Assembly: GCA_016196825.1 (NCBI GenBank)
Contig: JACPWY010000019.1
Location: forward strand, 22,644-86,643
DNA length: 64,000 bases
Reading direction: 5' to 3'
Origin: Deltaproteobacteria bacterium
Lineage (GTDB): Bacteria > Bdellovibrionota > FAC87 > UBA2466
Positions 54,520 through 63,998 of this stretch are shown in pieces. Position 1 is the stretch's first letter, and each line of letters begins with the position of its first letter. Made by a program: the position numbers and the translations under genes. The notes under the pieces are model-generated. The model did not search any database. It was given only the letters and a program-made list of their open reading frames with translations, and was not told the DNA's origin.

Positions 54520-56685
54520 TCAGGTACTCTTTTCAGAGGGCCGTGGGGGAAAGGCGGGGGTGCAGGATTCATCCGCCAGTGTGAGGTTGGGATTATAGTA
54601 TGGGTCGTTCGCGAGGGCGTCGCCCCAACGCTTCATCATCCAGTCGTTCTCCCGGCGGAACCGATCGATTCGCTCGGGGGCCTCATCTGATCCACGGGTT
54701 GCGGATTCCAGGTGATAGAGCTCGGCGTAAGGGGTCCATAGGTTGCGATAGCCAGCCTTCCTCAGTCGAATCCCGAGGTCAACGTCATTGAAAGCCACAG
54801 GAAGGTTCACCTCATCAAAACCCGCCACCTCTTGGAAAATAGTCCGTCGGATCACAAGGCACGCTCCGGTCACCGCAGTGTAGGCCTGCATGACATTCGC
54901 TCGCCCGATGAAGCGCCCCGTGTTCGCGGGCTGATGTTTTTGGGGGTGGCCGGCGACGCCACCGATACCCAGGACAATCCCCGCGTGCTGGATCGTGTTG
55001 TCGGCGTAATAGAGCTTGGCCCCCACGGCTCCAACTCCCTTTTGATTCGCGACGCGGACCATCTCATCCAGCCAGTTGGGTGCGATGACCCGAAGGTCAT
55101 TATTGAGAAAGGCCAGAATGTCCCCCCGAGCTTCGCGCGCGGCGAAATTATTCATCGCGGAAAAGTTAAAGGGGTGGTTGAAAGGGAGAACCCGCACTTT
55201 GGGATGGGACGAAATTGCCTTTAGATAGTCGATGGTTTCCGGTTCCGAGCTTTGATTGTCGACAATCAGAATCTCGAGGGGGTCGTAGTCTGTGTTGTGG
55301 AGCAGATCGTGCACAATGGCGGTGAGAAGGTCTTTTTTGTCGCGTGTGCAGATCATGATCGAAACCAGTGGTTGGGAATTGGGTTTCGGGTACACCACCC
55401 GGTGGTAGCTCTCATACCCTTCAGTCACCCGGGCCTCAACGCCTTGCGAGAGTAGGTACTCTCGAATGGATCGCCGGGCGTTTTCATGGGCATACCCCTT
55501 CGCCCCAGGTCCGAGCGCCGTGGAGCCCGCGATCGCCCGCCAGTGGTAGAGAATTTTCGGGATGTGACCGATCCGATCGGGAGATGTGTGCGCGATCACG
55601 CGCAGAAAGAGATCATAGTCCTGGCTCCCCTCATAACCTCGCCGAAATCCACTGACTGCATTCACTAGACTCCGCCGAATGCAGGCCAGGTGAGTGATGA
55701 GGTTGTAGGAGAGAAACAGGTCAGGGTTCCATTCGGTCTTGAAGTGTGGCTCAAACCGGTGGCCAAAGGAATCGATCTTATCCTCGTCGCTGTAAATGAG
55801 GTCGAGATCCGGCTGGCGATCGAGGCGTGCGGCCACCTCAAGCAGAGCATTCTCTGACAGCTCATCATCGTGATCGAGGAAGACGACAAAGTCCCCAGTG
55901 GCCAGCTCCAAGGCGGAGTTTGAAGCCTCTGAAATGTGGCCATTGATCGGGCGTCGGGTGATCTTGATCCGCGGGTGCTCTTCAAACTTTTGGAGAGTGG
56001 CTTTCACCGACGATAGGGAGGAGTTGTCATCGGCGATACAAAGTTCCCAATATGGGTAGAGTTGGCGAGTCACAGATTCAATCGCCCGAGTTAGGTAGGG
56101 CTCAGGCGTGTTGTAGACCGGAAGGATGACTGAAAACTTGGGGTGAGACGAGAGCCTTTCGAACTGTTTCCTCAGGAGGTCCCGCTTTGAGTCATCGATT
56201 GTGTCGTAGTTCTCAACCCAGATCGCGTACTCATTCTTCACGCACTCGCCCGATTGAAAAACCAGATCCTGAATGAGAGCGCGCACCAGCCGCCGTTGGC
56301 CCTGGGTTTCGATAAGCTGGCGGACAAAGGTCACTAGTCTTTTTGGATGCACGAGAAACCGAGCCAGGATCGGCATCAGGCTCAAAGCGAGGCTACCGGC
56401 AGTGGCCAAGGATCGGAAAGAGATGGCCTGCGGAGTTGCACCCTCAACCGCAAGGGTCTCCACCCACCCGGGAAATTTGATAAACGCTTCGCCCCTTTGT
56501 CGAGGTGAAGAAAGAGTCACTCGATAGGGCTCGCGGTTTTTCCCGAAACGTGCCGTCACACAAAGCGTGAAGGGCTGTCGCGAAGCCGAGTTTTCAAAAT
56601 CGACCCGCACCCAGCCGAGGGGAAAATCGACGACGGGCAGCTCCCAGCGGCCTGTGGTTCCGTTATTGCGAAAGTGAAGCGCCAT
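54520..56685 (-). CDS. large glycosyltransferase with two GT2 (GT-A) domains
   Basis: First domain FSVILPVYNTPEPYLTRAIESV…CIADDNSS. Second domain VSIMICTRDKKDLL…ILIVDNQS. A 170-aa N-terminal domain is unknown. Confidence 0.7.
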   Translation of the reverse strand: MALHFRNNGTTGRWELPVVDFPLGWVRVDFENSASRQPFTLCVTARFGKNREPYRVTLSSPRQRGEAFIKFPGWVETLAVEGATPQAISFRSLATAGSLALSLMPILARFLVHPKRLVTFVRQLIETQGQRRLVRALIQDLVFQSGECVKNEYAIWVENYDTIDDSKRDLLRKQFERLSSHPKFSVILPVYNTPEPYLTRAIESVTRQLYPYWELCIADDNSSLSSVKATLQKFEEHPRIKITRRPINGHISEASNSALELATGDFVVFLDHDDELSENALLEVAARLDRQPDLDLIYSDEDKIDSFGHRFEPHFKTEWNPDLFLSYNLITHLACIRRSLVNAVSGFRRGYEGSQDYDLFLRVIAHTSPDRIGHIPKILYHWRAIAGSTALGPGAKGYAHENARRSIREYLLSQGVEARVTEGYESYHRVVYPKPNSQPLVSIMICTRDKKDLLTAIVHDLLHNTDYDPLEILIVDNQSSEPETIDYLKAISSHPKVRVLPFNHPFNFSAMNNFAAREARGDILAFLNNDLRVIAPNWLDEMVRVANQKGVGAVGAKLYYADNTIQHAGIVLGIGGVAGHPQKHQPANTGRFIGRANVMQAYTAVTGACLVIRRTIFQEVAGFDEVNLPVAFNDVDLGIRLRKAGYRNLWTPYAELYHLESATRGSDEAPERIDRFRRENDWMMKRWGDALANDPYYNPNLTLADESCTPAFPPRPSEKST

Positions 56686-56696
56686 TTTTTGGTTTA

Positions 56697-56874
56697 AGAG
56701 CCTATCCTAAAACCCTTTCTACTCGGAACGGTCAAAATGTCCTGGCCCTTCGTCCTCCGCGGTCGGTGTCCTCGACGTGCCCAGGGGGCACGTCTGCGGG
56801 ACCTCCCTTGTGCGTCCTCGGTCCAGGACATTTTGCCTCGCTCCTCCCGACGAAAGGGTTTTAGGATAGGCTCT
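56697..56874. repeat. MITE-like palindromic repeat, copy D (full)
   Basis: Perfect 23-bp termini agagcctatcctaaaaccctttc / gaaagggttttaggataggctct. Core cttcgtcctccgcggtcggtgtcctcgacgtgcccagggggcacgtctgcgggacctcccttgtgcgtcctcg. Confidence 0.7.
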
Positions 56875-58527
56875 AAGCGTGACCCGTTTGATCAAATTCA
56901 ACGCTCGGCGAGCCATTTTCACCGAACGCCTATTGAGAAATGCCTTCATCGCTGCGTTCTCGGCCTCGAGCCCTTGGAGGCGGCTGCGCAAGTGGGCCTC
57001 CACAGCGGGCTGCCTGGGGAAGGCGAGCGGTGGAAAGACCTGACCAAAAAGCTTCCGAAGCTCTGCGCGGTGGTGGTTTCGAGATCCGCCGCCGACGCGC
57101 TCCTGAAACTGGGCCTCTTGCTCCAGGGCCTCCTCGAAACGGGGTGCAACTCCGATGGAGTGGCAAAGAACGGTGTAAAGGTCATGCAAAGTGCGAAATG
57201 GCGCCGACGCACTCAATGTCTCAAAATCTCGAATGCAGGCAAAGACGTTCCGAAACACGAACCAGTGCACGGGAACGGGGCCAGCATTGTCCCATTCGAG
57301 ATCAAAATTGGTGAATCCCTCTCCTTCGACAATGGCGTTGAGGAAGACGGCATCCAGCGCCTCAGCTCTGAGTGCTTCGTTCGACTCTCGATACCGGGCG
57401 GCGGCCCAACGCAGATAGTGCGTGAAAAGGAATTGGAAGCGATCCCATTCCTCGAAATAAGCGGCGCGTGCGAGCTCAAAACGAAAAGGGGTCCCCGGAA
57501 CGAGCGGCGATTCGGTTTTGCCCTTGGTAACGGTGAGCCCCGAGGGTTTTTCCTGGAACCGGGTCTCGGAGTTCCCAAAGTGCCAGGCCAAAAGGTCGCG
57601 AGGCGGCCGGACCGTTTCCAGAATCGATGAATCCGCCTTCGTTGAGGCCATCACCAAAAAGGAGTTGGACATCTCGGCAAGCCAACCTTCACGAGCCGCG
57701 GTCAGCGTGGCCAAAGAATCGGGAAAGGAGCGCACCCGCGGGGTCGTATAGTTTTCATAAGGCCTGTGACACGCCAGCGAGGCCGCGGCCTCGGGGGCCC
57801 GCTCCAGCATCCTTTCCGTGAGCACACAGCTCGGGATCTTATAGTCGGGAAAGGGGTAGAGGAATTCGGCGCATTCAAAACCCGAACTTTGAAGAAGCGA
57901 GGAAAGCCGTTTACGGGAGAAGGTTTTGGCGCCGGGGCGGGAGGAATAGCCCACCATTCCGTCATAAAGCGTTCCATTGTGGTCTTCAGCCGCGCCGCCC
58001 CAATATTTCAGGCCGAGGGCATTTTCGATCGCGAGGATCAATACTCCATCGGGTTTCAAAAACCGTTTCACCTGTTCGAGAAAGATCGGGTGCGCCAACT
58101 CGGTGGGTGTGATGAACCGTTCGGCGTATTCGAGGACGCCGATCACAATGGCCACATCATACTGTCGCCGTGGAGTGCAGGTCGCAAACTCCGCCACCTC
58201 GCCGGTCCAGTTTGAAAGACCCTGCAGACGCAATTCGATTCCACGGTGACGATCTTCCGTCCCCTCGATCGTGTGAAGGGAGCGGGCGTTTTCCGCGAGG
58301 TATCGAGAGACAGCGCCCATGCCAGCGCCGATCTCCACAACATCTAGCCCCTGAAAGTGAAACGGGCGGACAAGATTCGAGCGTTCGCGGCAAAGGTGGT
58401 AGCGGACCGACCACTCCCCATACTGGGTCGCGCCCGGGTTTTCCCCCGAACCTAGATTCGGCGAGTCGGCCAGAATGGCCCTTACGCGCGCCTCTTCAGC
58501 TGCCCCGTCGGTGTACTCGATCGCCAT
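56719..58527 (-). CDS. SAM-dependent methyltransferase domain protein with large C-terminal extension; 3' end encoded by repeat copy D
   Basis: LDVVEIGAGMGAVSRYLAENARSLHTIEG is SAM motif I. 602 aa. The last about 50 codons (…CPLGTSRTPTAEDEGPGHFDRSE*) lie inside the MITE-like element, so the native C-terminus is uncertain. Confidence 0.55.
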   Translation of the reverse strand: MAIEYTDGAAEEARVRAILADSPNLGSGENPGATQYGEWSVRYHLCRERSNLVRPFHFQGLDVVEIGAGMGAVSRYLAENARSLHTIEGTEDRHRGIELRLQGLSNWTGEVAEFATCTPRRQYDVAIVIGVLEYAERFITPTELAHPIFLEQVKRFLKPDGVLILAIENALGLKYWGGAAEDHNGTLYDGMVGYSSRPGAKTFSRKRLSSLLQSSGFECAEFLYPFPDYKIPSCVLTERMLERAPEAAASLACHRPYENYTTPRVRSFPDSLATLTAAREGWLAEMSNSFLVMASTKADSSILETVRPPRDLLAWHFGNSETRFQEKPSGLTVTKGKTESPLVPGTPFRFELARAAYFEEWDRFQFLFTHYLRWAAARYRESNEALRAEALDAVFLNAIVEGEGFTNFDLEWDNAGPVPVHWFVFRNVFACIRDFETLSASAPFRTLHDLYTVLCHSIGVAPRFEEALEQEAQFQERVGGGSRNHHRAELRKLFGQVFPPLAFPRQPAVEAHLRSRLQGLEAENAAMKAFLNRRSVKMARRALNLIKRVTLRAYPKTLSSGGARQNVLDRGRTREVPQTCPLGTSRTPTAEDEGPGHFDRSE

Positions 58528-58567
58528 AGACGACAGAGGCTAGCTCAAAGGCGAAGAGGTGTGAATA

Positions 58568-58750
58568 CTAATCCCTCAGCTCGATTGAATTTGGCCACTG
58601 GGCGGGTGCTTTTGACCGACCACTTCGTCCTCCGCGTTCGGCTCCTCGACGTGTCCAGGGGGCACGCCTCCGGGGCCTCTCTTGTGCGTCCTCGTGGTCG
58701 GCCAAAATCCCCTCGCCGATTGGACCAAATTCAATCGAGCAGAGGGATTA
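58568..58750. repeat. MITE-like palindromic repeat, copy E (full, divergent arms)
   Basis: Termini ctaatccctcagctcgattgaatttgg / ccaaattcaatcgagcagagggattag (1 mismatch). Core cttcgtcctccgcgttcggctcctcgacgtgtccagggggcacgcctccggggcctctcttgtgcgtcctcg. It contains the stop codon of the downstream gene. Confidence 0.7.
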
Positions 58751-59527
58751 GTTTTGGTGTTCCAGCTGGGTCAGCGGGAAAAGCTGCACAGCCATACGGT
58801 AGACCTCGGTCGGCTCATTTTCGACCTCGGCCTGATCCATCAGCTCGTCCTGAAATCGTCGGATCATCTTTTTCGCACTGGCCAGCGTCTTCGGGTTCAT
58901 CGGGAAGGTGATCCAGGTGAAATCACGTTGCGGAACGGGGATCGTCCCAAGCTTTTCCTGGGCCAAAGTGAGGGTGTCGCCGTGTGACTTCTTGATCCAT
59001 TCGTTGGGTGTGTCTTCAGTTGTGGTCAGAGAGGGTTTCGAGCGACGCCAGCCTCCGCTTTCCAGCTGCTCTAAATAGCCGCTTCGGACGAGTCGCTCCA
59101 TCGCGTCGGCCGCCTTCTTACGCGGAATGCCCAGCCGCTGAGCGATCCAATCTGGGTCGCCCTGAAACGCATTCATCGTCGCTAAATTCAAGATCGCGAA
59201 GTTCTCCCACTCAGTGAGGAGAAAATACTTATCTGCCTCCATTCGGAGGTAGCGATCGGAATTGGGGCGCCGGTTCGAGCGGGCCGCCTTTTTCTCGATG
59301 AGATCCAGCAGCGCGCCCCGTTCGGGTGGGGGGAGTGCCATGCTGTCGGTGAGCTTGCGTGCCAGCTTAGCCGAGACCCGACGTTTACCGAGGAGAACCA
59401 GACTGAGGGTTCCGGCGCTGATGCCAAGCCGCCGGGCGTAACCTCTCACCGACATCCTTGGGTTGCGGCTTCTGAGGGCCGTGAGTTGGGACTGAAGGCT
59501 ACTTCGAATGGCCAGTTGTTCTTCCAT
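58748..59527 (-). CDS. HTH-domain protein resembling the TIGR02147 family
   Basis: SVRGYARRLGISAGTLSLVLLGKRRVS is an HTH. The overall 259-aa architecture resembles what I recall of TIGR02147 proteins. Unverified. Confidence 0.45.
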   Translation of the reverse strand: MEEQLAIRSSLQSQLTALRSRNPRMSVRGYARRLGISAGTLSLVLLGKRRVSAKLARKLTDSMALPPPERGALLDLIEKKAARSNRRPNSDRYLRMEADKYFLLTEWENFAILNLATMNAFQGDPDWIAQRLGIPRKKAADAMERLVRSGYLEQLESGGWRRSKPSLTTTEDTPNEWIKKSHGDTLTLAQEKLGTIPVPQRDFTWITFPMNPKTLASAKKMIRRFQDELMDQAEVENEPTEVYRMAVQLFPLTQLEHQN

Positions 59528-59592
59528 GGGGAAGGCCTATACGTGACTCAATGCATCTAAGTCTAGGATTATTGATACAGATCGTATCCGGT

Positions 59593-60243
59593 CTATGGAT
59601 ACAGGGTGTGGTGTACGAAATTATCTTTATGAATTCGATAGTTAACGGAAGGGAGCGGGGCTAGGACGGTGGGGCGGGCGGCCACAAATCGAAGGGCCCA
59701 TTCTCGGTCTTCCCCGCGGGAGAGCCGGGTATCGAAAGGGCCAATCGCATCAGCGGCCGCCTTGCGAAAGAGGCCCAACCACAGACCGCAGGCGACGAGG
59801 TTATCTGCTTTCAGTGTCTCGGGCGTGAGTCGGGCTACGAAGGGTGTTTTTGCCATGGGTGTTTCGATACTCCGCCCGTTTCTGTCGATCACCCGTCCGA
59901 TCTGGCCGAACACCCCATCCCAACCCCCCGACCGGAGCAGCTCCAGACGAGCCGCCACAGAGCCGGCAATGAGTTCATCATCGGAGTCCAGGAAGGTGAA
60001 AAAACGGCGGGTGCAGGCATTGAGCGCGATGTTGCGGGCCGCGGGAATGCCAACCGGCTCCTCCACGCGAATGAGTTGAATGGAGGGACTTCTCCAAATG
60101 ATCGGTTGGATTGAGCCGTCATCCACCAGGATCAACTCCGCGCCGGCCGTTAGGTCATACTCACAACTCGCGATCGCAGTTTCAAGAAAACGCGGCGCCA
60201 CATCTCGCGCCACCATAAGAATGGAAACGTCCCGCAACCCCAT
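59593..60243 (-). CDS. glycosyltransferase family 2
   Basis: ATG at 60243 gives MGLRDVSILMVARDVAPRFLETAIASC…ELILVDDGS (GT-A). The longer ORF to 60408 is possible. Confidence 0.6.
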   Translation of the reverse strand: MGLRDVSILMVARDVAPRFLETAIASCEYDLTAGAELILVDDGSIQPIIWRSPSIQLIRVEEPVGIPAARNIALNACTRRFFTFLDSDDELIAGSVAARLELLRSGGWDGVFGQIGRVIDRNGRSIETPMAKTPFVARLTPETLKADNLVACGLWLGLFRKAAADAIGPFDTRLSRGEDREWALRFVAARPTVLAPLPSVNYRIHKDNFVHHTLYP

Positions 60244-60364
60244 CTTCCCAGCGTCTGCGAGGTCGGACCGGTTGTAAAGGATGGGTGCCTTGTCGAAAGC
60301 AAAGCGTCGTGAGAAGCTGAGCACATGCTTCAGATTAGCCGGGCCGAGTAGAAGGAGTTTAGGG

Positions 60365-61345
60365 ATGGGCTCTCTGCTTTGGTTATGTGTAATCTTTCTT
60401 CCGATCATTGCGAGTGCGCGACCGCTTTGGATGGTGGGAGACGACTACATTCTTCACGCCGATTCCAAGGGCCACGAGGTTCACCGATGGTCGGTCGGCG
60501 CGAAGAGCTGGGGCTTTGACCCCCAAGGGTGTCGCCTGTGGGTGCAGGACGGGGAGTCGGTCGCTCTCTTTTTCCCGACGGGAACCCGCCATTCCGTTCC
60601 ATTGAATGTGACTCTGGTTTCCGATCAGATCGCCAATGCCATTTTTCTCCTTGATGGGACAACACTCATTCGTGCTGACGCTAACGGAGTGCTTCAAGAG
60701 CGATCGACCGATCCTGCGTTTGCCCAATTGAAACGGGTGGTCCCGGCCGCTTGCGGCTTCTGGGGAGTTCAGCGTGAGGGGCGCGGGAGTCTTACAATGC
60801 TGGAGATTTCCCACTCGTTGAAGCTCGCCCAAAAGACCGAACTCGCAAAAGGTCATGAACTTTGGGCGCGAGAAAAGCTTCTGCCCGGACTCGATGGAAT
60901 GGTGTGGCTCGGCTATTCGATTACAACTCCATCGGCGATCTACTCACCGCGCGTGGATCTCATCCGCCCGGGCGGCGATATCGTGGCGACGAGTGCCTTT
61001 CAGGGGAAGGGACTCTTTTTCGACGCATGCGTGGCCCCTGATGATCGTCTCGTCGTTTCGCGCGATCTGGCCGGCTCCAGTGAATTCACAGTCCCCATAT
61101 CTTCCTTCGTAGACGCCATTGATCGTGAGGGTCGCACTGAGACTTTATTCGCGGCGGACACCAACCAATTGATCGACGCAGTGGCTTGCTCGACCCAATC
61201 GGTTTTCCTCGCGCAACATTCCATTTTGGGTGGCGGTAACACGCGGCTTTCCCGGATCGACTTTGCGCACCCGAAAACCGAGACGTTTTTGACATCTTTA
61301 CCGGGCACTGTCCGTGCCCTCTATCTGTGTGAAGGAGGTCCCTAA
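60365..61345 (+). CDS. secreted hypothetical protein (possible beta-propeller-like)
   Basis: Signal peptide MGSLLWLCVIFLPIIASA. No other motifs. The start could also be 60281. Confidence 0.4.
   Translation: MGSLLWLCVIFLPIIASARPLWMVGDDYILHADSKGHEVHRWSVGAKSWGFDPQGCRLWVQDGESVALFFPTGTRHSVPLNVTLVSDQIANAIFLLDGTTLIRADANGVLQERSTDPAFAQLKRVVPAACGFWGVQREGRGSLTMLEISHSLKLAQKTELAKGHELWAREKLLPGLDGMVWLGYSITTPSAIYSPRVDLIRPGGDIVATSAFQGKGLFFDACVAPDDRLVVSRDLAGSSEFTVPISSFVDAIDREGRTETLFAADTNQLIDAVACSTQSVFLAQHSILGGGNTRLSRIDFAHPKTETFLTSLPGTVRALYLCEGGP
61331..61338 (+). promoter_or_regulatory. Shine-Dalgarno sequence gaaggagg, 7 nt upstream of ATG 61346
   Basis: gaaggaggtccctaATG is read directly. This is an unusually strong RBS for this window. 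Confidence 0.6.
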
Positions 61346-61489
61346 TGGCAGGAAAGACAGCAAGAAAAAAGGCCGCGAGAAAGGCCAAGATACGACGCGG
61401 TCGCCAACAACAACGCCAGAACCCAAAGCTTGCTCGTAGGCGGCGGGCCAAAAAGTTGATGCGGGTCAAGAAGATGCGCCGAGCTTAGA
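61346..61489 (+). CDS. small highly basic protein (47 aa, about 50% Lys/Arg)
   Basis: MAGKTARKKAARKAKIRRGRQQQRQNPKLARRRRAKKLMRVKKMRRA. It begins 1 nt after the upstream stop and has a strong SD. It is absent from the ORF track only because it is under 60 aa. Confidence 0.45.
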
Positions 61490-61574
61490 GCTAGTCCGGC
61501 TCCAGCCAGGCTGCCAGTTGACCTTTTCGAAATGGATTCCATACTACCGGCATGTGGGACTATTTTAGTCCCCG

Positions 61575-63998
61575 ATGGGAGTGGGTGTCGTGGATATCGG
61601 AAAAAAGGTCATTGAGATTCCGGAGGTCTTGCCGGTTCTTCCGGTGAGAAACACCGTCCTCTTTCCGAATGCGGCCGTGCCGCTGATCGTCGGCCGATTG
61701 AAAAGCATTGAGGCGGTGAAACTAGCCAAACGAGCGGGTGATCTCATCCTTGTGGTGTCGCAAAAGGACAGCTCCAAGGAGGAGCCTGCCGCCAGTGATC
61801 TCTATACAATTGGTGTCGTTTGTCTCATCTCCAAGATGAATGAAATGGAGGGGGGCGGCTATCAACTCGTCGCCAATGGCCTCATCCGCTTTGAGGTGGC
61901 CGAGTATATTGACAAAGTGAGTCACTTTGAGGCTCGGGGTTTTCAGATGGCCGAGGTTATGCCCAGCCAGACCACCCGAGTCGATGCGTTAGCGGAAGAG
62001 CTGCGGCAACTGGGGAAGGCGATTTTGGCTCTCACGTCGATTCCGGCGGCGGAATCGATTTCAAAACTTCTCACACAGCTCACCGATGCTGGGCAGATTG
62101 CGGATCTGTGCAGCACGTTTCTGCACCTCCCTCTGATCACCAAGCAGACCATTTTGGAAACGCGGGATGTCGACCGTCGCCTCCAGATGTTGTTTGAGCA
62201 AATGGTGGCCGAGAAGGAGAAGGTGACACTCCAAAACGAAATTCAGGCGAAAATGATGGAGCGGCTGACCAAGGATCAGCGGGAGCACCTGCTGCGCGAG
62301 CAGATCAAGACGTTGCATGAAGAGCTGGGTGAAGAGCCCCAGACGCCAGACGATTATACGAAAAAGATTGAAGAGGCGGGCCTTTCTCCTGAAGCGAAAA
62401 AGATCGCCAAGGAGGAGCTCGCTCGCCTCAATGGGATTTCGCGGTCCTCGCCGGAGTACCACGTCATACGCACCTACCTCGACTACATGCTGGCACTGCC
62501 ATGGAGTAAGACGAGCGCGCTGGCCACCGAGGCGATCTCTTTGACCAATGCGAAAAAGATATTGGATCATGAGCATTTTGGGATTGAGAAGGTAAAGAAA
62601 CGGATTATCCAGTTCCTCGCAGTCGCTAAGCTCAAGAAAGATCTGAAGGGGCCGATTCTTTGTCTGGTGGGGCCGCCAGGAGTGGGCAAGACCAGTATCG
62701 CACGAGCTGTGTCGCAGGCGCTGGGACGGAAGTTTATGCGCGCGAGCCTGGGCGGTCTGCGCGACGAGGCCGAAATCCGCGGCCATCGCCGAACTTACGT
62801 TGGGGCTCTCCCCGGTCGGATCATCCAGAGTTTGAAACGGGTGGGTGTGAAAGATCCCGTCATTCTCCTGGACGAGATTGATAAGGTAGGCATCGATTTC
62901 CGCGGCGATCCCGCATCCGCTTTGCTCGAGGTCCTGGATCCCGAACAGAATAATACTTTCCTCGACCACTATCTCGACGTGCCGTTCGATCTCTCGAATG
63001 TTTTTTTCATCACGACGGCGAATGTTGTCGAGACGATCCCGCCGGCTTTACGGGATCGAATGGAGATCATCGAGATGACGAGCTATTCGAAGATCGAAAA
63101 GATCGAGATCGCTCGGCGCCATATTCTTCCCAAGGTGATCACGGAGCACGGTCTCACTTCCGAGCAAGTCCGCGTGGCGGATGAGGCCCTCGAGCTTGTG
63201 GTGGATGGCTACACGCGGGAATCAGGCGTGCGAGAGCTCTCCCGAAAGATGGCCGACCTCTGTCGATTCGCGGCTGAACAACTTGCCGCTGAACAGCCGC
63301 CTCTCTTTGTCGAGATCAAGTCGGAGATGATCGAGGCGATCTTGGGTTCACGCCGATTCTACGCCGAGGAGATTGAGAAGCTCCCGCGTCCTGGAGTCGT
63401 GACGGGGCTCGCCTGGACGCCAGTGGGGGGTGAGATCTTGAAGATCGAGGTCACCCGAATGGAGGGGAAAGGGAACCTGATTCTGACTGGGCAGCTCGGT
63501 GATGTGATGAAGGAGTCGGCCCAAATTGCCCTGAGCTTGATCCGAGCGAATATGGGGCGCCTGCCCTATCGTTTTGACTCGTCAGATTTTCACATCCATG
63601 TCCCATCTGGGGCCATCCCCAAAGATGGACCCTCGGCGGGCGTGGCTCTGTTTCTGGCGCTGACCTCTTTAGTCGAGGGACGCCCCGTGAAGCCCGATCT
63701 GGCGCTAACTGGTGAGATCACTCTGCGAGGGGCCGTCCTTCCCGTGGGTGGTATCAAGGAGAAGGTGATCGCGGCTCATCGAGCCGGCATTCGGACGGTG
63801 ATTCTCCCTGAGCGAAACCAGGGTGATCTGAGAGACGTCACCGATGATGTGAAGAAGCAACTCAAGTTCCACTTAGTGAAGGATATTTCTGAAATTCTCA
63901 CGATTGCCGGTTTTGAAGCGCCAGCCGAGCACCCCGAGTTCATGTCCCCATCGCTTCCGCCGTCAGCGGCCACGGCTCACCCAAGCGCGACTAACTAA
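61575..63998 (+). CDS. lon: ATP-dependent Lon protease (LonA)
   Basis: N-terminal [13 protein letters not shown] (Lon N domain). Walker [10 protein letters not shown], Walker B ILLDEIDK and catalytic-Ser region [18 protein letters not shown] are present. 807 aa. Confidence 0.9.
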   Translation: MGVGVVDIGKKVIEIPEVLPVLPVRNTVLFPNAAVPLIVGRLKSIEAVKLAKRAGDLILVVSQKDSSKEEPAASDLYTIGVVCLISKMNEMEGGGYQLVANGLIRFEVAEYIDKVSHFEARGFQMAEVMPSQTTRVDALAEELRQLGKAILALTSIPAAESISKLLTQLTDAGQIADLCSTFLHLPLITKQTILETRDVDRRLQMLFEQMVAEKEKVTLQNEIQAKMMERLTKDQREHLLREQIKTLHEELGEEPQTPDDYTKKIEEAGLSPEAKKIAKEELARLNGISRSSPEYHVIRTYLDYMLALPWSKTSALATEAISLTNAKKILDHEHFGIEKVKKRIIQFLAVAKLKKDLKGPILCLVGPPGVGKTSIARAVSQALGRKFMRASLGGLRDEAEIRGHRRTYVGALPGRIIQSLKRVGVKDPVILLDEIDKVGIDFRGDPASALLEVLDPEQNNTFLDHYLDVPFDLSNVFFITTANVVETIPPALRDRMEIIEMTSYSKIEKIEIARRHILPKVITEHGLTSEQVRVADEALELVVDGYTRESGVRELSRKMADLCRFAAEQLAAEQPPLFVEIKSEMIEAILGSRRFYAEEIEKLPRPGVVTGLAWTPVGGEILKIEVTRMEGKGNLILTGQLGDVMKESAQIALSLIRANMGRLPYRFDSSDFHIHVPSGAIPKDGPSAGVALFLALTSLVEGRPVKPDLALTGEITLRGAVLPVGGIKEKVIAAHRAGIRTVILPERNQGDLRDVTDDVKKQLKFHLVKDISEILTIAGFEAPAEHPEFMSPSLPPSAATAHPSATN

